DNA from: Nitrosovibrio sp. Nv4
GTDB lineage: Bacteria > Pseudomonadota > Gammaproteobacteria > Burkholderiales > SG8-39
DNA: 64,000 nucleotides
Direction: 5' to 3'
Assembly (NCBI GenBank): GCA_945906765.1
Contig: CAMDRF010000002.1
Location: forward strand, 2,313 to 66,312
Within the stretch, counting starts at the first letter, position 1. Each line of letters opens with the position of its first letter. This document shows positions 63,952 through 64,000 of this stretch, piece by piece. The position numbers and the translations under genes are program-made. The notes under the pieces were generated by a model. That model ran no database searches. It saw nothing but the letters and a program-made list of their open reading frames with translations, and was not told where the DNA came from.

Positions 63952-64000
63952 ATCGCACTCGAGAGATCGCAACGCATCAACGGGGAGATCACGTCGCCGC
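63952..64000 (+). CDS. infC: translation initiation factor IF-3, 5' end (partial), probable non-canonical AUC start
   Basis: The frame reads I-ALERSQRINGEITSP, and RINGEI is the conserved IF-3 N-terminal motif. No ATG/GTG/TTG lies between the thrS stop (63930) and this motif. SD AGAGGAG is at 63935-63941. Confidence 0.75.
   Translation, partial: MALERSQRINGEITSP

Overview
High-GC proteobacterial chromosome segment. The gene content (Bug/TctC binding proteins, lolCD, comEC, relA, tRNA-Val-thrS-infC) looks betaproteobacterial; this is an inference, since no search was run. A conserved backbone runs prfB, recJ repair operon, lolC-lolD, kefC-like antiporter, DUF2062, comEC, then dodecin through relA, yceI, tRNA-Val, thrS and infC. 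Four accessory or decayed segments interrupt it. (1) About 7.3 kb (about 6.48-13.79 kb) sits inside a DUF429 gene whose N-terminal and C-terminal pieces remain on either side. Its cargo is a cupin, two orphan Bug binding proteins and a translationally coupled CoA-transferase/acyl-CoA synthetase/MaoC-hydratase operon. Its right edge is a mosaic of IS-transposase, MNT and HEPN fragments. (2) A toxin-antitoxin graveyard (16.6-18.3 kb) in which every toxin is truncated, frameshifted or missing. One PIN toxin breaks exactly at a solitary type I-E-like CRISPR repeat. (3) A roughly 28 kb catabolic island (23.15-50.94 kb) with no recognisable regulator. It combines tricarboxylate enzymes (aconitase, ICL/PEP-mutase-like, PrpF, TcuA-like, PrpD-family) with many amide and ester hydrolases, three tandem RidA genes, a TRAP transporter operon and an AtuA-like/DUF4387 pair. 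Several members look decayed, and the right edge is a 473-bp internally deleted IS with perfect 21-bp inverted repeats. (4) An 0.87 kb higBA micro-island lies between an intact tRNA-Val and a 46-nt copy of its 3' half that abuts thrS. Recoding and non-canonical initiation features missing from the ORF track are also reported: the prfB +1 frameshift, a probable AUC start for infC, and a TTG start without SD for thrS. All family assignments come from motif recognition by eye, not from searches.
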